A stretch of DNA of 64,000 bases from an uncultured Proteiniphilum sp. (GCA_964607405.1 CAZSKF010000001.1:1140-65139), one strand, 5' to 3'. Shown: positions 10,170-21,193, counted from the first letter of the stretch. Made by a program: numbers and translations. The notes: generated from the letters alone by a model not told the origin.

Positions 10170-11681
10170 TTACAGAACCTCTACTGCATGATTCAATCTT
10201 GAAATAGTTTCAGATTTGCCAATCAATGCAATTATATCAAACATATGAGGTCCTTTGCTCTCGCCCACAATGGCAAGCCTAAACGCATTCATAATACCAC
10301 CTAGCGGATATTCTTTTTCTTGTATCCACTGCTTTATTATTGTTTCAAGATTTTCTGAAGTGAAGTCTTCTATTCCTTCTATCAAGCCGGCCAGTTCAGA
10401 TATTTGAGCAGGTGTGTCAGTTTTCCAACGCTTTTTCACCGCTTTTTCGTCATAGCTGGTGGGTGCCACAAAGAAGAAAGATGAATGCTCCCAGATATCT
10501 TTCACAAAAGTAGCTCTCTCTTTTACCATCTCCACCACTTCTGATACAACATCTTTGCTTGCTGATACTCCCTTTTCTTCCAATACCTTCTCAAACATAT
10601 CAACCAAGGCATCGCTTGGCACTGTTTGCAAGTATTGATGGTTGAACCATTTTGCCTTCTCCACATCAAATTTAGCTCCACTTTTGCTACACCTGTCAAA
10701 AGAAAAAGCCTCTATTAATTGATCCATTGAGAATATTTCCTGTTCGGTGCCCGGATTCCAGCCCAAAAGCGCAAGGAAGTTTACCACAGACTCAGGTAAA
10801 TACCCTGTTTCACGATATCCTGACGATACTTCGCCCGATGCAGGATCATTCCATTCAAGCGGAAAAACGGGAAAACCTAATCTGTCTCCGTCACGCTTGC
10901 TTAGTTTGCCGTTTCCCTCCGGTTTCAGCAATAATGGCAAGTGAGCAAATTGTGGCATTGTATCTTCCCAATTAAGGCTTCTATATAACCACACGTGCAA
11001 TGGGGCTGATGGCAACCACTCTTCACCACGTATCACGTGAGAAATCTCCATCAAATGATCATCTACAATATTTGCAAGATGATATGTGGGTAGTCCGTCA
11101 GCCGATTTGTATATTACCTTGTCATCCAAAACAGATGAGTTGATAACAACTTTGCCGCGAATCATATCGTCAACAGCAATGTCTATATTTGGCTCAAGCT
11201 TTATCCTCACCACATATTGAGCGCCATTTGCTATAAGTTTTTCAACCTCATCGGCAGACAGAGTAAGCGAATTTCGCATCATATCTCTGGTAGAAGCATC
11301 GTACTGAAAGTTTGCAATTTCCTTTCTTTTGGCGTCAAGCTCATCAGGAGTATCAAATGCTATGTAGGCTTTGTTTTCGCTTAATAGCTGATCAACATAC
11401 TTCTTATAAATTTCTTTTCTTTCCGACTGACGATATGGCCCATAATTGCCACCCTTGCGAGGGCTTTCGTCAAAGCTCATGCCCAGCCAGTCAAAAGCCT
11501 CCTGAATATAGTCTTCAGCACCCGGCACAAAGCGAGTCGAGTCTGTGTCCTCTATCCTTAAAACAAAATCGCCGCCTTTTTGCTTAGCAAATAAATAGTT
11601 GTATAATGCCGTACGCACGCCACCAATATGTAGCGGTCCCGTGGGGCTTGGTGCAAATCGCACTCTAGTTCTTCTACTCAT
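10170..11681 (-). CDS. gltX: Glutamate--tRNA ligase
   Basis: [14 protein letters not shown] (HIGH), RIEDTD, KLSKR (KMSKS). Confidence 0.97.
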   Translation of the reverse strand: MSRRTRVRFAPSPTGPLHIGGVRTALYNYLFAKQKGGDFVLRIEDTDSTRFVPGAEDYIQEAFDWLGMSFDESPRKGGNYGPYRQSERKEIYKKYVDQLLSENKAYIAFDTPDELDAKRKEIANFQYDASTRDMMRNSLTLSADEVEKLIANGAQYVVRIKLEPNIDIAVDDMIRGKVVINSSVLDDKVIYKSADGLPTYHLANIVDDHLMEISHVIRGEEWLPSAPLHVWLYRSLNWEDTMPQFAHLPLLLKPEGNGKLSKRDGDRLGFPVFPLEWNDPASGEVSSGYRETGYLPESVVNFLALLGWNPGTEQEIFSMDQLIEAFSFDRCSKSGAKFDVEKAKWFNHQYLQTVPSDALVDMFEKVLEEKGVSASKDVVSEVVEMVKERATFVKDIWEHSSFFFVAPTSYDEKAVKKRWKTDTPAQISELAGLIEGIEDFTSENLETIIKQWIQEKEYPLGGIMNAFRLAIVGESKGPHMFDIIALIGKSETISRLNHAVEVL

Positions 11682-11739
11682 ATTATGTTATATTATTATT
11701 ACCTACAAAGGTAAGAAAATTTAATATTCATTGTCTTAT

Positions 11740-12399
11740 TCACAAAAACAACCTTGCTTCATTTCCTTTATTAAAAAGCAGGTCTATTATGCTGAGGTTA
11801 GGAACAAATCCATGTTTTTCTTCAAAAACCTGCCTATATGGCTGTGTATGATATCCTGATTCTTTTTTGGGATGAATTGTATTACGCAGGTCTGTGTATT
11901 TGTCTGACACATTCGTGAGATAATCAGTACTATACTCCACATCAAATTCAAAGTATAGCAACTTAAATATAAGTTGTCTTATCTCTTCATTCAAATCGTG
12001 CAGATATGTAAACTTGTTTTCGTAAAAGTGACGAAAATCATCCTCATAATATTCAAAAAAAGGAGATGAGTTGTAGGCTGATACAATGGCATTCCAATGC
12101 AGGTGCTGCCAGTTGCCATGATCTGAGATTCTTACATCGCGCATCAACATCTTCTTAGACTCACCTTTCTCTATCGGAATATTTAATTGCATTATTCCAT
12201 TTGCCCCAAATATATTGCATCTGTTGCGATAGGTTTGTTTCTGAAAGTTGTCGTTAACTTCCAGTATTATTCGTTTTGCCCTAAACGCACTGCTATAATA
12301 TTCTATCGGTGCCAAATAAAAAGAGGAAAGGACAATTGTATCTTTATCACAATTGTCCATCACCTCGTTATTGGTATAACTAGCATGCTTATCCATCAC
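11740..12399 (-). CDS. WbqC-like family protein
   Basis: FQKQTYRNRC, SAYNSSPFFEYY, Y.QVF..GFVPNLSIIDLLFN; dapB-lepB-wbqC synteny. Confidence 0.85.
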   Translation of the reverse strand: MMDKHASYTNNEVMDNCDKDTIVLSSFYLAPIEYYSSAFRAKRIILEVNDNFQKQTYRNRCNIFGANGIMQLNIPIEKGESKKMLMRDVRISDHGNWQHLHWNAIVSAYNSSPFFEYYEDDFRHFYENKFTYLHDLNEEIRQLIFKLLYFEFDVEYSTDYLTNVSDKYTDLRNTIHPKKESGYHTQPYRQVFEEKHGFVPNLSIIDLLFNKGNEARLFL

Positions 12400-12427
12400 T
12401 TCTGGATGTTTGATAGTTTTTTGTATT

Positions 12428-13915
12428 CTACTTGTTGGCGTTAGTAAATAGTCGTTTCCATCTTATTTTTCCGCCTAGCCAACTCTTATCCTTATCTAAT
12501 GACAACCAAATGAGCATTGGTTTTCCCACCACATGGTCTTCAGGAACAAATCCCCAGGCGCGCGAGTCAGCAGAGTTGTGCCTGTTATCCCCCATCATAA
12601 AGTAATAATCCATCTTGAAGGTGTAAGAGCTAACCTCTTCGCCATTTATAAATACTCTGCCATTATGATATTCAAAGTCGTTGCCCTCATAGTTTTTTAT
12701 ACAACGTTCGTATGCGGCAACTTTATAATCTACGTTATCATCAAATACAATAGTCTCTCCTTTTTTGGGTATCCAAAGTGGTCCAAAATCGGCACGGGTC
12801 CAGTTTGTTTTATAATCAATTGGGTAGTAGTAGGAGCTGCCCGGCTGTTCGTCATCTTTTATAACATCCCACACAAAAGGCTTTGCCTTAAGCTCCGATA
12901 CCATCTGCTTTGTGAGTGGAATACTAAAATATACTCGTCCATTATTTCCACTACGGGCACTCAATCCTGAGTTGGCCATTGTTAGGCTGTCTATGCCTGT
13001 GAGGTCTTGCATTCTTTGAGTGGTTTGACCATAGTTATTGACAACCAAATAATCATCTTTGCTCACTCCCAACTCCTCAAACACCTCGTTAGAAATAACT
13101 GTGCCGTCGGTATGAATCATGTATGTAAGCTGAGATAATTCAGGGCTTACAATATGAGCACCATCAATATACACATCATCATCTCTAAGCTCTATGGTTT
13201 CGCCCGGAAGGCCTATGCATCGCTTAACATAGTTTTCGCGCCTGTCAACTGGTCTGTAAACCACTTTGCCATATGTGCGGCGATCGGATTTGATGCCCTC
13301 ACTTCCGTTTGAATTGTATTTTGTTAAAGTGTAGTAGTCAACAGCCTGCATATTTAGGGCAACCGTATCGCCGGCAGGGAAGTTGAAAACAACTATATCA
13401 TTTCGCTTTACATCGCCAAAACCTTTCAGTCTGTGATATTTCCATTGTGGTTTTTCTATATACGATTTTCCTCCCACCACAGGCATTGTGTGCTGTGCCA
13501 GTGGAAACGAAAGCGGAGTCATTGGCGATCTGGGTCCAAAGCTCATTTTGCTCACTGCAAGAAAATCTCCTACCAGCAATGATTTCTCAAGAGAGGAAGA
13601 TGGAATCTGATAATTTTGAAAAAAGAATGTGTTGATGAAATATACTGCAACCAATGCAAACAGAATGGCATCTACCCACTCCATTGTTTTTTTGAAAGCC
13701 TTATTTTCCGATTTTTTCCAAAACGCCCAAGGAATATACTTTGAGATATAAATATCGAAAAGTGGTATCAATATAAGCAGCAGCCAATAGTTGCCCGCCC
13801 ATATTGCAAAAAGAAGCACAAGCACTGTCCACACTGCAAACCATATCTTTTGGCTTGGCTTGGAGTCTCGCACTCGTTCATTAAAGTTTCTGTTTTTTGA
13901 TGTTTGATCTGACAT
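12428..13915 (-). CDS. lepB: Signal peptidase I
   Basis: IPSSSLEKSL (Ser), YVKRCIGLPG (Lys), GDNRHNSADSR. Confidence 0.95.
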   Translation of the reverse strand: MSDQTSKNRNFNERVRDSKPSQKIWFAVWTVLVLLFAIWAGNYWLLLILIPLFDIYISKYIPWAFWKKSENKAFKKTMEWVDAILFALVAVYFINTFFFQNYQIPSSSLEKSLLVGDFLAVSKMSFGPRSPMTPLSFPLAQHTMPVVGGKSYIEKPQWKYHRLKGFGDVKRNDIVVFNFPAGDTVALNMQAVDYYTLTKYNSNGSEGIKSDRRTYGKVVYRPVDRRENYVKRCIGLPGETIELRDDDVYIDGAHIVSPELSQLTYMIHTDGTVISNEVFEELGVSKDDYLVVNNYGQTTQRMQDLTGIDSLTMANSGLSARSGNNGRVYFSIPLTKQMVSELKAKPFVWDVIKDDEQPGSSYYYPIDYKTNWTRADFGPLWIPKKGETIVFDDNVDYKVAAYERCIKNYEGNDFEYHNGRVFINGEEVSSYTFKMDYYFMMGDNRHNSADSRAWGFVPEDHVVGKPMLIWLSLDKDKSWLGGKIRWKRLFTNANK

Positions 13916-13962
13916 TCCTTCAGTTTTAGTTTTTATAATTTGATGGTATCATTTATGCCGGC

Positions 13963-14682
13963 TTACAAATCGCCCAGCATATCATCCATACCCAAAAATC
14001 CTTTTTTGCCGTTTGTAAACTCAGCTGCAAGAACAGCACCAAAGGCAAAGCCCTTTCTGCTTTTTGCATCATGAGTGATGGTTATAGAATCAACATCCGA
14101 CTCGTATATCACTGTGTGAATTCCGGGCACTTCACCCTCGCGAAATGATATTATTTGCAAATCATTGCTACTTTCAGAATTGTCAAGAACCCATTTGCTC
14201 TTAGTATCTATATTTTCTAGTATCCCCTCGGCAAGTGTTATGGCTGTGCCGCTGGGCGCATCAAGCTTATGTATGTGATGAGTCTCTTCCATTCTGACAT
14301 CGTAGTTGCTATAGCCACTCATCATTTTTGCCAACTTTTTGTTTAACGCAAAAAATAGATTCACACCCAAACTAAAGTTTGATGCATAAAAGAATGTTTT
14401 GCCATTATCGCTACATTCTTTCTTTATTTCATCAAGATGCTCAAGCCAGCCTGTGGTTCCCGAAACTACGGCAACACCCGCTGCAAAAGCTCGTTTATAA
14501 TTATTAAATGCACTTTCGGGCGATGTAAACTCTATTGCCACATCAGCACTTTTAAACTCTTCCGATTCAAATTTATAATCCTCATTTATATCAATCGTGC
14601 AAACCACCTGATGGTTTCGCTCAAGGGCAATCTTTTCGATCTCATGCCCCATTTTTCCATATCCTATTAGTGCTATTTTCAT
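13963..14682 (-). CDS. dapB: 4-hydroxy-tetrahydrodipicolinate reductase
   Basis: GYGKMG, GTTG, ETHHIHKLDAPSGTA. Confidence 0.96.
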   Translation of the reverse strand: MKIALIGYGKMGHEIEKIALERNHQVVCTIDINEDYKFESEEFKSADVAIEFTSPESAFNNYKRAFAAGVAVVSGTTGWLEHLDEIKKECSDNGKTFFYASNFSLGVNLFFALNKKLAKMMSGYSNYDVRMEETHHIHKLDAPSGTAITLAEGILENIDTKSKWVLDNSESSNDLQIISFREGEVPGIHTVIYESDVDSITITHDAKSRKGFAFGAVLAAEFTNGKKGFLGMDDMLGDL

Positions 14683-14785
14683 TTGTCTGTTATATATTTA
14701 ATTACAAAAATATAAAAAAAGAATTTGCTCTATCCCCTTTTGCCATTAATTGTTCTTAATACTAGGATATTAGATAGCCTACGGG

Positions 14786-15796
14786 CTACAGCCAGCCATT
14801 GTCACGATACCACTCTATGGTTTTGGCTACTCCATCTTCAAGTAAATATTGAGGCTCAAAACCAATATCCTCTTGCAGAGGTGAGATATCACATTGCCAG
14901 TTGCGCTGTTTCATTATCCAATACTTGTCTGTATTAAAAGTAGTGGCTTTGCCCAATAGCTTTGCAAGCTTCTCGTTGGCAAAGGCGGCTATTCTGACAA
15001 GCATCAAGGGCAACTTTAGCCTTAGCACCCGCTGCCTGCCAAGTTGTTGTTTCACTATATTATTAAATTCCTCATCGGAGTATCCGTGCCCATCAGAAAC
15101 GTTATATTCTTTTCTACTTATTTGATTGTCTATGGCACTGAATATAATATGAACCAGATCTTCGACATATACAAAAGATAGCATCTGCTTTTTGAATCCT
15201 GCACCTACGCTAAGACCCGACTTAACGGCTCGCATCAATATCAGATAGTCGCGATCGCGAGGGCCATACACTCCCGTTGGCCTAAGAATAAGATAGGGAA
15301 AACCGGGCATAGATTTCAAAAAGGTTTCCGCCTTTAGTTTGCTCTTTCCATATTCGGTATTTGGATTGGGAACAGCATTTGCCGGCATGGGCGAATAACC
15401 CGACTCATCACCCAATCCCATCACACCAAGCGTACTCATAAATACGAACAAACGGGGCTGCAAATCACTCTCTACTAACACCTCTGCAAAGTTGCGAACC
15501 TGATGATAATTCACATCATAAAAGTCTTGGCGGTTGATGGCTTTGGTCAATCCGGCCATATGAACTATGTAGTCAAACTTTCCGTGCGCATTGGCAAGCT
15601 CGCCTAGTTGTGCCTTAAGCTTACTTTTGTTGGAAAAATCTAGGTAAACAAAATTGATTTGCTCACTCGTCAGATATTGTTTGCTGCTACTTGGCCTTAT
15701 TCCGGCCCAAACGTCATAGCCCAGCAATAGTGCCTTATCCACAACTGCGCTGCCAATAAAGCCACTGGCTCCGGTAATAAGTATCTTTTTCTTCAT
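14786..15796 (-). CDS. NAD-dependent epimerase/dehydratase (extended SDR)
   Basis: ILITGASGFIG and YGKSK (YxxxK). Real start likely MKKKILITG at 15796, not 15928. Confidence 0.88.
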   Translation of the reverse strand: MKKKILITGASGFIGSAVVDKALLLGYDVWAGIRPSSSKQYLTSEQINFVYLDFSNKSKLKAQLGELANAHGKFDYIVHMAGLTKAINRQDFYDVNYHQVRNFAEVLVESDLQPRLFVFMSTLGVMGLGDESGYSPMPANAVPNPNTEYGKSKLKAETFLKSMPGFPYLILRPTGVYGPRDRDYLILMRAVKSGLSVGAGFKKQMLSFVYVEDLVHIIFSAIDNQISRKEYNVSDGHGYSDEEFNNIVKQQLGRQRVLRLKLPLMLVRIAAFANEKLAKLLGKATTFNTDKYWIMKQRNWQCDISPLQEDIGFEPQYLLEDGVAKTIEWYRDNGWL

Positions 15797-15903
15797 AAAT
15801 GCAAAAGTAATGTTTTTGAAATTTACACACAATTGATTCCTAAAACTATATTTGCGATGAGCTGAACTACAGAGGATAATAAAACAACTTTTCATTTCAC
15901 TCC

Positions 15904-15949
15904 AAACTGTGTAATTGTGCAAAGACACAATTACACAATCACACAGTTT
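15904..15949. repeat. Inverted repeat with two alternative right arms, left of array 1
   Basis: TGTGTAATTGTG (15908-15919) pairs perfectly with CACAATTACACA (15926-15937). AAACTGTGTAATTGTG (15904-15919) pairs with CACAATCACACAGTTT (15934-15949) with 1 mismatch. Confidence 0.7.
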
Positions 15950-16048
15950 TCACACAGAAAGTATAATATGAACTTTACATTTTGCTAATCCACTGTATTG
16001 CAGGCAAATAAAAACATTATATCAAACCAAAAAGGATAAATGAACGTA

Positions 16049-16384
16049 AAATGTAAAGTTGTTATTGCATTATTCACGTTCCAATACCAAAAAAACAACT
16101 TTATATTTTGCATTCTAGAGCCATTTTCCGATAAATGTAAAAGTGTTATTGCATTATTCACACTCCGATACTTAAAATACAACTTTACATTTATCGTTCC
16201 GGCTTCATTTTCCTCCAAATGTAAAAGTGTTATTGAACTATTCACGCTCCGATATTCAAAATACAATTTTACATTTTGTGTTCCTGAGCCATTTTTCTCC
16301 AAATAAAAAAGTGTAATTGGAGTATTAGGACGCCGGAACTAAGAATAAAATTTTACATTTTGCGCTACGACGCTGCTTTTAATA
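16049..16384. repeat. 84-bp tandem repeat array 1 (4 units plus a degenerate 5th), each unit with an internal inverted repeat
   Basis: Units start at 16049, 16133, 16217 and 16301, exactly 84 bp apart. Consensus AAATGTAAAGTTGT-TATTGCAYTATTCAC-N17-ACAACTTTACATTT-N24. A residual AATTTTAC at 16433 is in register. Confidence 0.95.
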
Positions 16385-16459
16385 CAAAAAGAATGTTGGA
16401 ATTCACATCCTATGATGGTTTAGTGAAAATGTAATTTTACTTGTAGAGATAAAATTGGT

Positions 16460-16467
16460 TACCTTTG
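16460..16467 (+). promoter_or_regulatory. -7 promoter element for rnr
   Basis: TACCTTTG (TAnnTTTG). Confidence 0.6.
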
Positions 16468-16522
16468 TGACAACTAAAACACTATTGCATTGTTCTAGTA
16501 ATTAAACACAGATGAAACAGTT

Positions 16523-18670
16523 ATGAAAAAGAGAAAAACAATAAAAAGAGATACACCAAAAATTAAGAAAAAAGATCTGGAACAAATGGTCTTGGGCTTT
16601 CTTAATCAAAATAGCGACAAACAATTTAACTATAAACAAATAGCTAGTGCCTTAAATATTAATAAAGAACCCATACGCCGACAATTAATAAACACTTTGG
16701 ACAGACTCAGAGATGAGGACAGAGTGTTGGAGACTTCAAGAGGAAGATATCGCACAAATAATAGAGGATTGATGCTTGAGGGCAGATTTGAGAGAAGAAG
16801 CAACGGCAAAAACTTTTTTGTGCCTAACGACGATACTAACATTATTAATATTCCTGAGCGCAACTCAAAGCATGCCATGAATGGTGACTTGGTGCGCATT
16901 CAATTGCTTGCCAAACGCAAGAGGGCTGACACTGAGGGTGTGGTGGTAGAGATATTGAAACGTGCCAAAAGTCGCTTCATAGGAGTGATGGAGGTGAAAA
17001 AGCACTTTGCATTTTTGGTTATGGATAGCAAGTTTTTGGCTAACGACATTTTTATTCCAATTGATGAGCTTAATGGTGCTCAAAATGGCGACAAAGTGGT
17101 GGTGGACATACTAGAATGGCCCGAAAAGGCCAACAACCCCATCGGCAAGGTGGTGGATATATTAGGCAAATCGGGCGACAACACTACCGAAATGCATGCT
17201 ATACTAGCAGAATATAACCTGCCATATAAATATCCTAAACAAGTGGAAGAAGAGGCTGCTAAGATATCTGACGTGATTAGTCAGGAAGAAATTAGCAAGC
17301 GTGAGGATTTTAGAGATATCACAACATTGACTATAGACCCTAAGGATGCTAAGGACTTTGATGATGCGCTATCGGTTCGCAAAACCGGAGACAACAGATG
17401 GGAAATAGGTGTGCACATTGCCGATGTGACTCACTATGTGAAACCCGGAGATATTATAGATGCAGAGGCCGAGAGCAGAGCCACATCAATATACTTGGTG
17501 GACCGAACCATACCGATGCTACCCGAAAGGTTGAGTAATGAGTTGTGCTCATTGCGCCCCGACGAAGAGAAGTTATGCTTTTCGGTAATATTTGAGATGA
17601 ATGATGCTGCCGACGTTTTGAAATCGAGAATAGTAAAAACAATTATCAAATCAAACGGCAAGTTGGCCTATGAAGAGGCTCAGAATATTATAGAAACTGG
17701 TGAGGGCAAGTTTTCGGAGCAGGTATTAACTCTAAATAATCTTGCAAAGAACCTTAGAAAGAAAAGATTTTCAAACGGTGCCATCAACTTTGAAAGATAT
17801 GAAGTGAAGTTCAATCTGGATGAAAAGGGTAAGCCGCTGGGCGTTTATTTTGTGGAGGCAAAGGAGTCAAACCACTTGATTGAAGAGTTTATGCTTTTGG
17901 CTAATAAAACTGTGGCCGAGTTTGTGGGTAAAGTGGATAAAGACAAAAAGCCCAAAACCTTTGTATATCGTGTTCACGACAAGCCAGACCCTGAAAAGCT
18001 TGAGGTATTCAATAAGTTTATATACCGTTTTGGTCATAAAATAAAGACCGAAGGTGCAAAAATGGACGTAGCCAAAAGTATTAATTCGCTATTAGACAAA
18101 GTGCAAGGCCGACCCGAAGAAAACCTGGTGGAAACAATAGCAATAAGATCAATGTCGAAGGCTATATACACTACCGAGAATATTGGGCATTATGGATTAG
18201 CTTTTGATTATTATACCCACTTCACATCTCCAATACGAAGATATCCCGATATGATGGTTCACAGGCTGCTAGAAAGATATTTGAGTGGTGGCAAGTCTGT
18301 AGATCAAGCCTCACTGGAGGATGATTGCAAGCACTCGTCAGATATGGAGCTGGTGGCTTCAAATGCCGAAAGAGATTCTGTCAAGTATAAACAAGTAGAG
18401 TTTATGTCAGACAAAATAGGCAAGGTATTTGACGGAGTGGTATCAGGCGTTACCGAATGGGGAATATATGTGGAGATAAACGAAAACAAATGCGAGGGTC
18501 TTGTTCCCATTCGTGAGCTTGATGATGACTTTTATGAGCTTGACGAGAAAAACTACAGACTAATTGGCCGACGCACCAAGCACGAATATAGATTAGGGCA
18601 AACGGTGGCTATTAAAGTTGCCAAGGCCAATCTGGAGCGCAAACAACTTGATTTTGTTTTGGCTCATTAA
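16523..18670 (+). CDS. rnr: Ribonuclease R
   Basis: TIDPKDAKDFDDALS, YTHFTSPIRRYPD, C-terminal S1 domain. Confidence 0.96.
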   Translation: MKKRKTIKRDTPKIKKKDLEQMVLGFLNQNSDKQFNYKQIASALNINKEPIRRQLINTLDRLRDEDRVLETSRGRYRTNNRGLMLEGRFERRSNGKNFFVPNDDTNIINIPERNSKHAMNGDLVRIQLLAKRKRADTEGVVVEILKRAKSRFIGVMEVKKHFAFLVMDSKFLANDIFIPIDELNGAQNGDKVVVDILEWPEKANNPIGKVVDILGKSGDNTTEMHAILAEYNLPYKYPKQVEEEAAKISDVISQEEISKREDFRDITTLTIDPKDAKDFDDALSVRKTGDNRWEIGVHIADVTHYVKPGDIIDAEAESRATSIYLVDRTIPMLPERLSNELCSLRPDEEKLCFSVIFEMNDAADVLKSRIVKTIIKSNGKLAYEEAQNIIETGEGKFSEQVLTLNNLAKNLRKKRFSNGAINFERYEVKFNLDEKGKPLGVYFVEAKESNHLIEEFMLLANKTVAEFVGKVDKDKKPKTFVYRVHDKPDPEKLEVFNKFIYRFGHKIKTEGAKMDVAKSINSLLDKVQGRPEENLVETIAIRSMSKAIYTTENIGHYGLAFDYYTHFTSPIRRYPDMMVHRLLERYLSGGKSVDQASLEDDCKHSSDMELVASNAERDSVKYKQVEFMSDKIGKVFDGVVSGVTEWGIYVEINENKCEGLVPIRELDDDFYELDEKNYRLIGRRTKHEYRLGQTVAIKVAKANLERKQLDFVLAH

Positions 18671-18695
18671 TATATTTGAAGTATAGTCTCTCTTT

Positions 18696-19589
18696 TTATA
18701 AGAAGGGAGTTGGGCTGCTTGAGGATATCTTGCGTGTCTTCATTGATTCTGGATATTTACCCAACAGCTGAAACGATATTTTAAGATACTTATAAGAATC
18801 GCTTACTTTTCCTGACACAAGGGAGAGAAGCGATTTTTTTATTGATGCCAGGTAGCTGTAGCCAAATGATTTGATTGATGAATAGGTGATATTGGTAGCC
18901 TCAGATAAAAAATAAATATATTCGGTATAGAAGTATTTTTCGCGGCTCACTTCCCTGTGTTCTCTATCGTGATATCCATATGTGCCTTTTACAAAACCTA
19001 TTTTGTAGTTGCTAAACTTAGTTCGGTGCACATAGTCCATATCTTCGCCATAATGTGGGAATATGGGCGCAAAGCCTCCCACCTCTTTTAAAACCGAAAT
19101 GGGAATAAGCCAAAGTGCCGCATTAATAAATTTGCATTCGGTAATATCCTGGCCAACAGCTTCTGCTTGCTTTATGCTATTGAGTGATGAATAAGTAGCA
19201 AATCCAAAATCAAGATTTGTGCCAGCGCCATTCAAATGAATTGGTGAAAAGATTCCATAGTCTGGGTTGCGTAATGATGCATCCACAAGCCTTTGAAGTG
19301 TTTGTGCCTCAATCCATGCATCTTGATTTAATAGAAAAACATAATCATAGCCCTTCTCAATTGCATACTTAAAGCCTATATTATTGGCTTTGCCAAATCC
19401 CAAATTATCCTTATTTTCAACTAACACTACTGATGGGTATCGCTCGGAAATAATGGAACATGTATTATCTTTTGATGCATTATCTATAACAATTACTGTG
19501 GTAGGCAGGCTTGACTTTATTAAAGAATCAAGACATTTGTCTATCCACTTTTCAAAGTTGTAGGATACTATTATGGTGCAAATATTCAT
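18696..19589 (-). CDS. Glycosyltransferase family 2
   Basis: IIVSYN, VIDNASKD, NLGFGKANNIG, LLNQD, YGED.D. Confidence 0.92.
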   Translation of the reverse strand: MNICTIIVSYNFEKWIDKCLDSLIKSSLPTTVIVIDNASKDNTCSIISERYPSVVLVENKDNLGFGKANNIGFKYAIEKGYDYVFLLNQDAWIEAQTLQRLVDASLRNPDYGIFSPIHLNGAGTNLDFGFATYSSLNSIKQAEAVGQDITECKFINAALWLIPISVLKEVGGFAPIFPHYGEDMDYVHRTKFSNYKIGFVKGTYGYHDREHREVSREKYFYTEYIYFLSEATNITYSSIKSFGYSYLASIKKSLLSLVSGKVSDSYKYLKISFQLLGKYPESMKTRKISSSSPTPFL

Positions 19590-19597
19590 TGTCTTTT

Positions 19598-21052
19598 CTA
19601 TTTACTTTTCTTTAATAAACGAGTCTTGATCCATGCTTCCATCTCATCAACCATCTCAAGCTTCAATACTTTGCACATAAACAGATACACAACCAGCACA
19701 ATAAAGAGGTTTGAAATAATAGAAAGGAAGTTTCCGGTAATGGATGTGGTTGCAAAGTATGCAGCAGCATTAGCCAATAGTGCCACTAAGGCATATGGAA
19801 TCGCATCCTTGAGAAATGTCATCAGAGAATAACCAACCAAATTATTGGACAGGAAAAGAGAAATCACAAGAGTGATATATGTATATACTACCCAGCTGAC
19901 AGCCAGTCCCACTATTCCTTTGGGAATGAAAAGCCATATGAGTATTACTAAAATTATTCGTTTCACAATTTCAATTCCAAGAAAGTAACTGGCTCGCTCG
20001 CGTGCTATATACAGTTCGCCCAGCACAAACACAAATGGCGAAACAATTCCCGCTATGGTCAGAATCTGAAAAAAGGGTACTGCCGATAACCATTTATCTC
20101 CCCATATTAGTTCAAATATATTGTGAGCAATCAGTATCATAAACAGTCCTAGCGGAAATGAGATAAATGATATTGTTTTGTGTAGCTTGCTCACTACTCT
20201 CTTCAATCTGTCTAGTTCTTGATTTATCTCGGACAGAATAAGCATGGATATAGATCTAAATGTATTTGAAATCATAGAGAATGGTATATCCTGATACTTG
20301 TTAGCCTGGGTATAATCGGCAACGCTATTCATTGAGTTGGGGTAAAAAAGGGCAATGATACTTGGATATATATTATTAAAAACGGCACTGATAAGACTTG
20401 TGGCTAGCAACTTGCTGCTCATTCCCATCGAGTTCATCAGTAATGATTGGCTAAACATCAACTTTGGCTTCCAACCCGTATATATCCACAGAAAGAGTGA
20501 GCGAAAAAAAGAATATGATACCACTTGGGCTACAAGTGCCCACACTCCAAATCCTTTAATTGCCATAACAATTGCAACTATCACAGAAAACAACACTGCG
20601 GGTATGTTTACTTTGGTGAGACCTCTAAAGTCGGCTCTTTTTATTAAGATTGTTTGCTGTATAAGACCTAAAGCATTAAATAAAAAGGAAATAAATAATA
20701 TACGCCCAACGAAAATTAATCGTGGTTCATTAAATACTTTAGACAAGAAGGGTGTTACAAAAAAAAGTATTAGATACAAGAATATACTCAGAGCAACATT
20801 AAAAATAAATACTGTAGTATATTCTCTATCAGATATATCTTTACGATTTAATAATGCTCTTGAGAAGCCGCTGTCTATCAGTATATTTGAAAAAGCAATA
20901 AAGACAGCCAATATCCCCATTATGGCAAACTCACCTTTTGCTACAACAGCCATCAGGATGATGCTGCTGGCAAGATTGATAAGTTGGTGTCCAAACTTAT
21001 CTAAGAAACTCCAGAAGAGCGAGGTTGTTGTTTTTTGTTTTAATTCAGACAT
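19598..21052 (-). CDS. Polysaccharide flippase (Wzx/WzxC-like, MOP superfamily)
   Basis: Multi-TM; LKQKT..SLFWS, DSGFSRAL, GFGVWALVAQ; probable start MSELKQK at 21052. Confidence 0.85.
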   Translation of the reverse strand: MSELKQKTTTSLFWSFLDKFGHQLINLASSIILMAVVAKGEFAIMGILAVFIAFSNILIDSGFSRALLNRKDISDREYTTVFIFNVALSIFLYLILFFVTPFLSKVFNEPRLIFVGRILFISFLFNALGLIQQTILIKRADFRGLTKVNIPAVLFSVIVAIVMAIKGFGVWALVAQVVSYSFFRSLFLWIYTGWKPKLMFSQSLLMNSMGMSSKLLATSLISAVFNNIYPSIIALFYPNSMNSVADYTQANKYQDIPFSMISNTFRSISMLILSEINQELDRLKRVVSKLHKTISFISFPLGLFMILIAHNIFELIWGDKWLSAVPFFQILTIAGIVSPFVFVLGELYIARERASYFLGIEIVKRIILVILIWLFIPKGIVGLAVSWVVYTYITLVISLFLSNNLVGYSLMTFLKDAIPYALVALLANAAAYFATTSITGNFLSIISNLFIVLVVYLFMCKVLKLEMVDEMEAWIKTRLLKKSK

Positions 21053-21193
21053 GTATGGGGATGTAATTGATGCAAAAATAGGTAACATTTTACTTAGAGC
21101 AAAAACAAAACTGTCAAAACTATTTGAGGTTGTTCCAACCTTTTGCATATTATTCTGTTTAATATGCAATAAACAGCATTTAAAGATTACAGA

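Noticed and set aside
15985-16306. ORFs on both strands with 28-aa repeats (15985..16302 - and 16040..16306 +)
   Set aside because: A by-product of the 84-bp period being divisible by 3. The equivalent frames in array 2 contain stop codons on both strands, so coding is not conserved.
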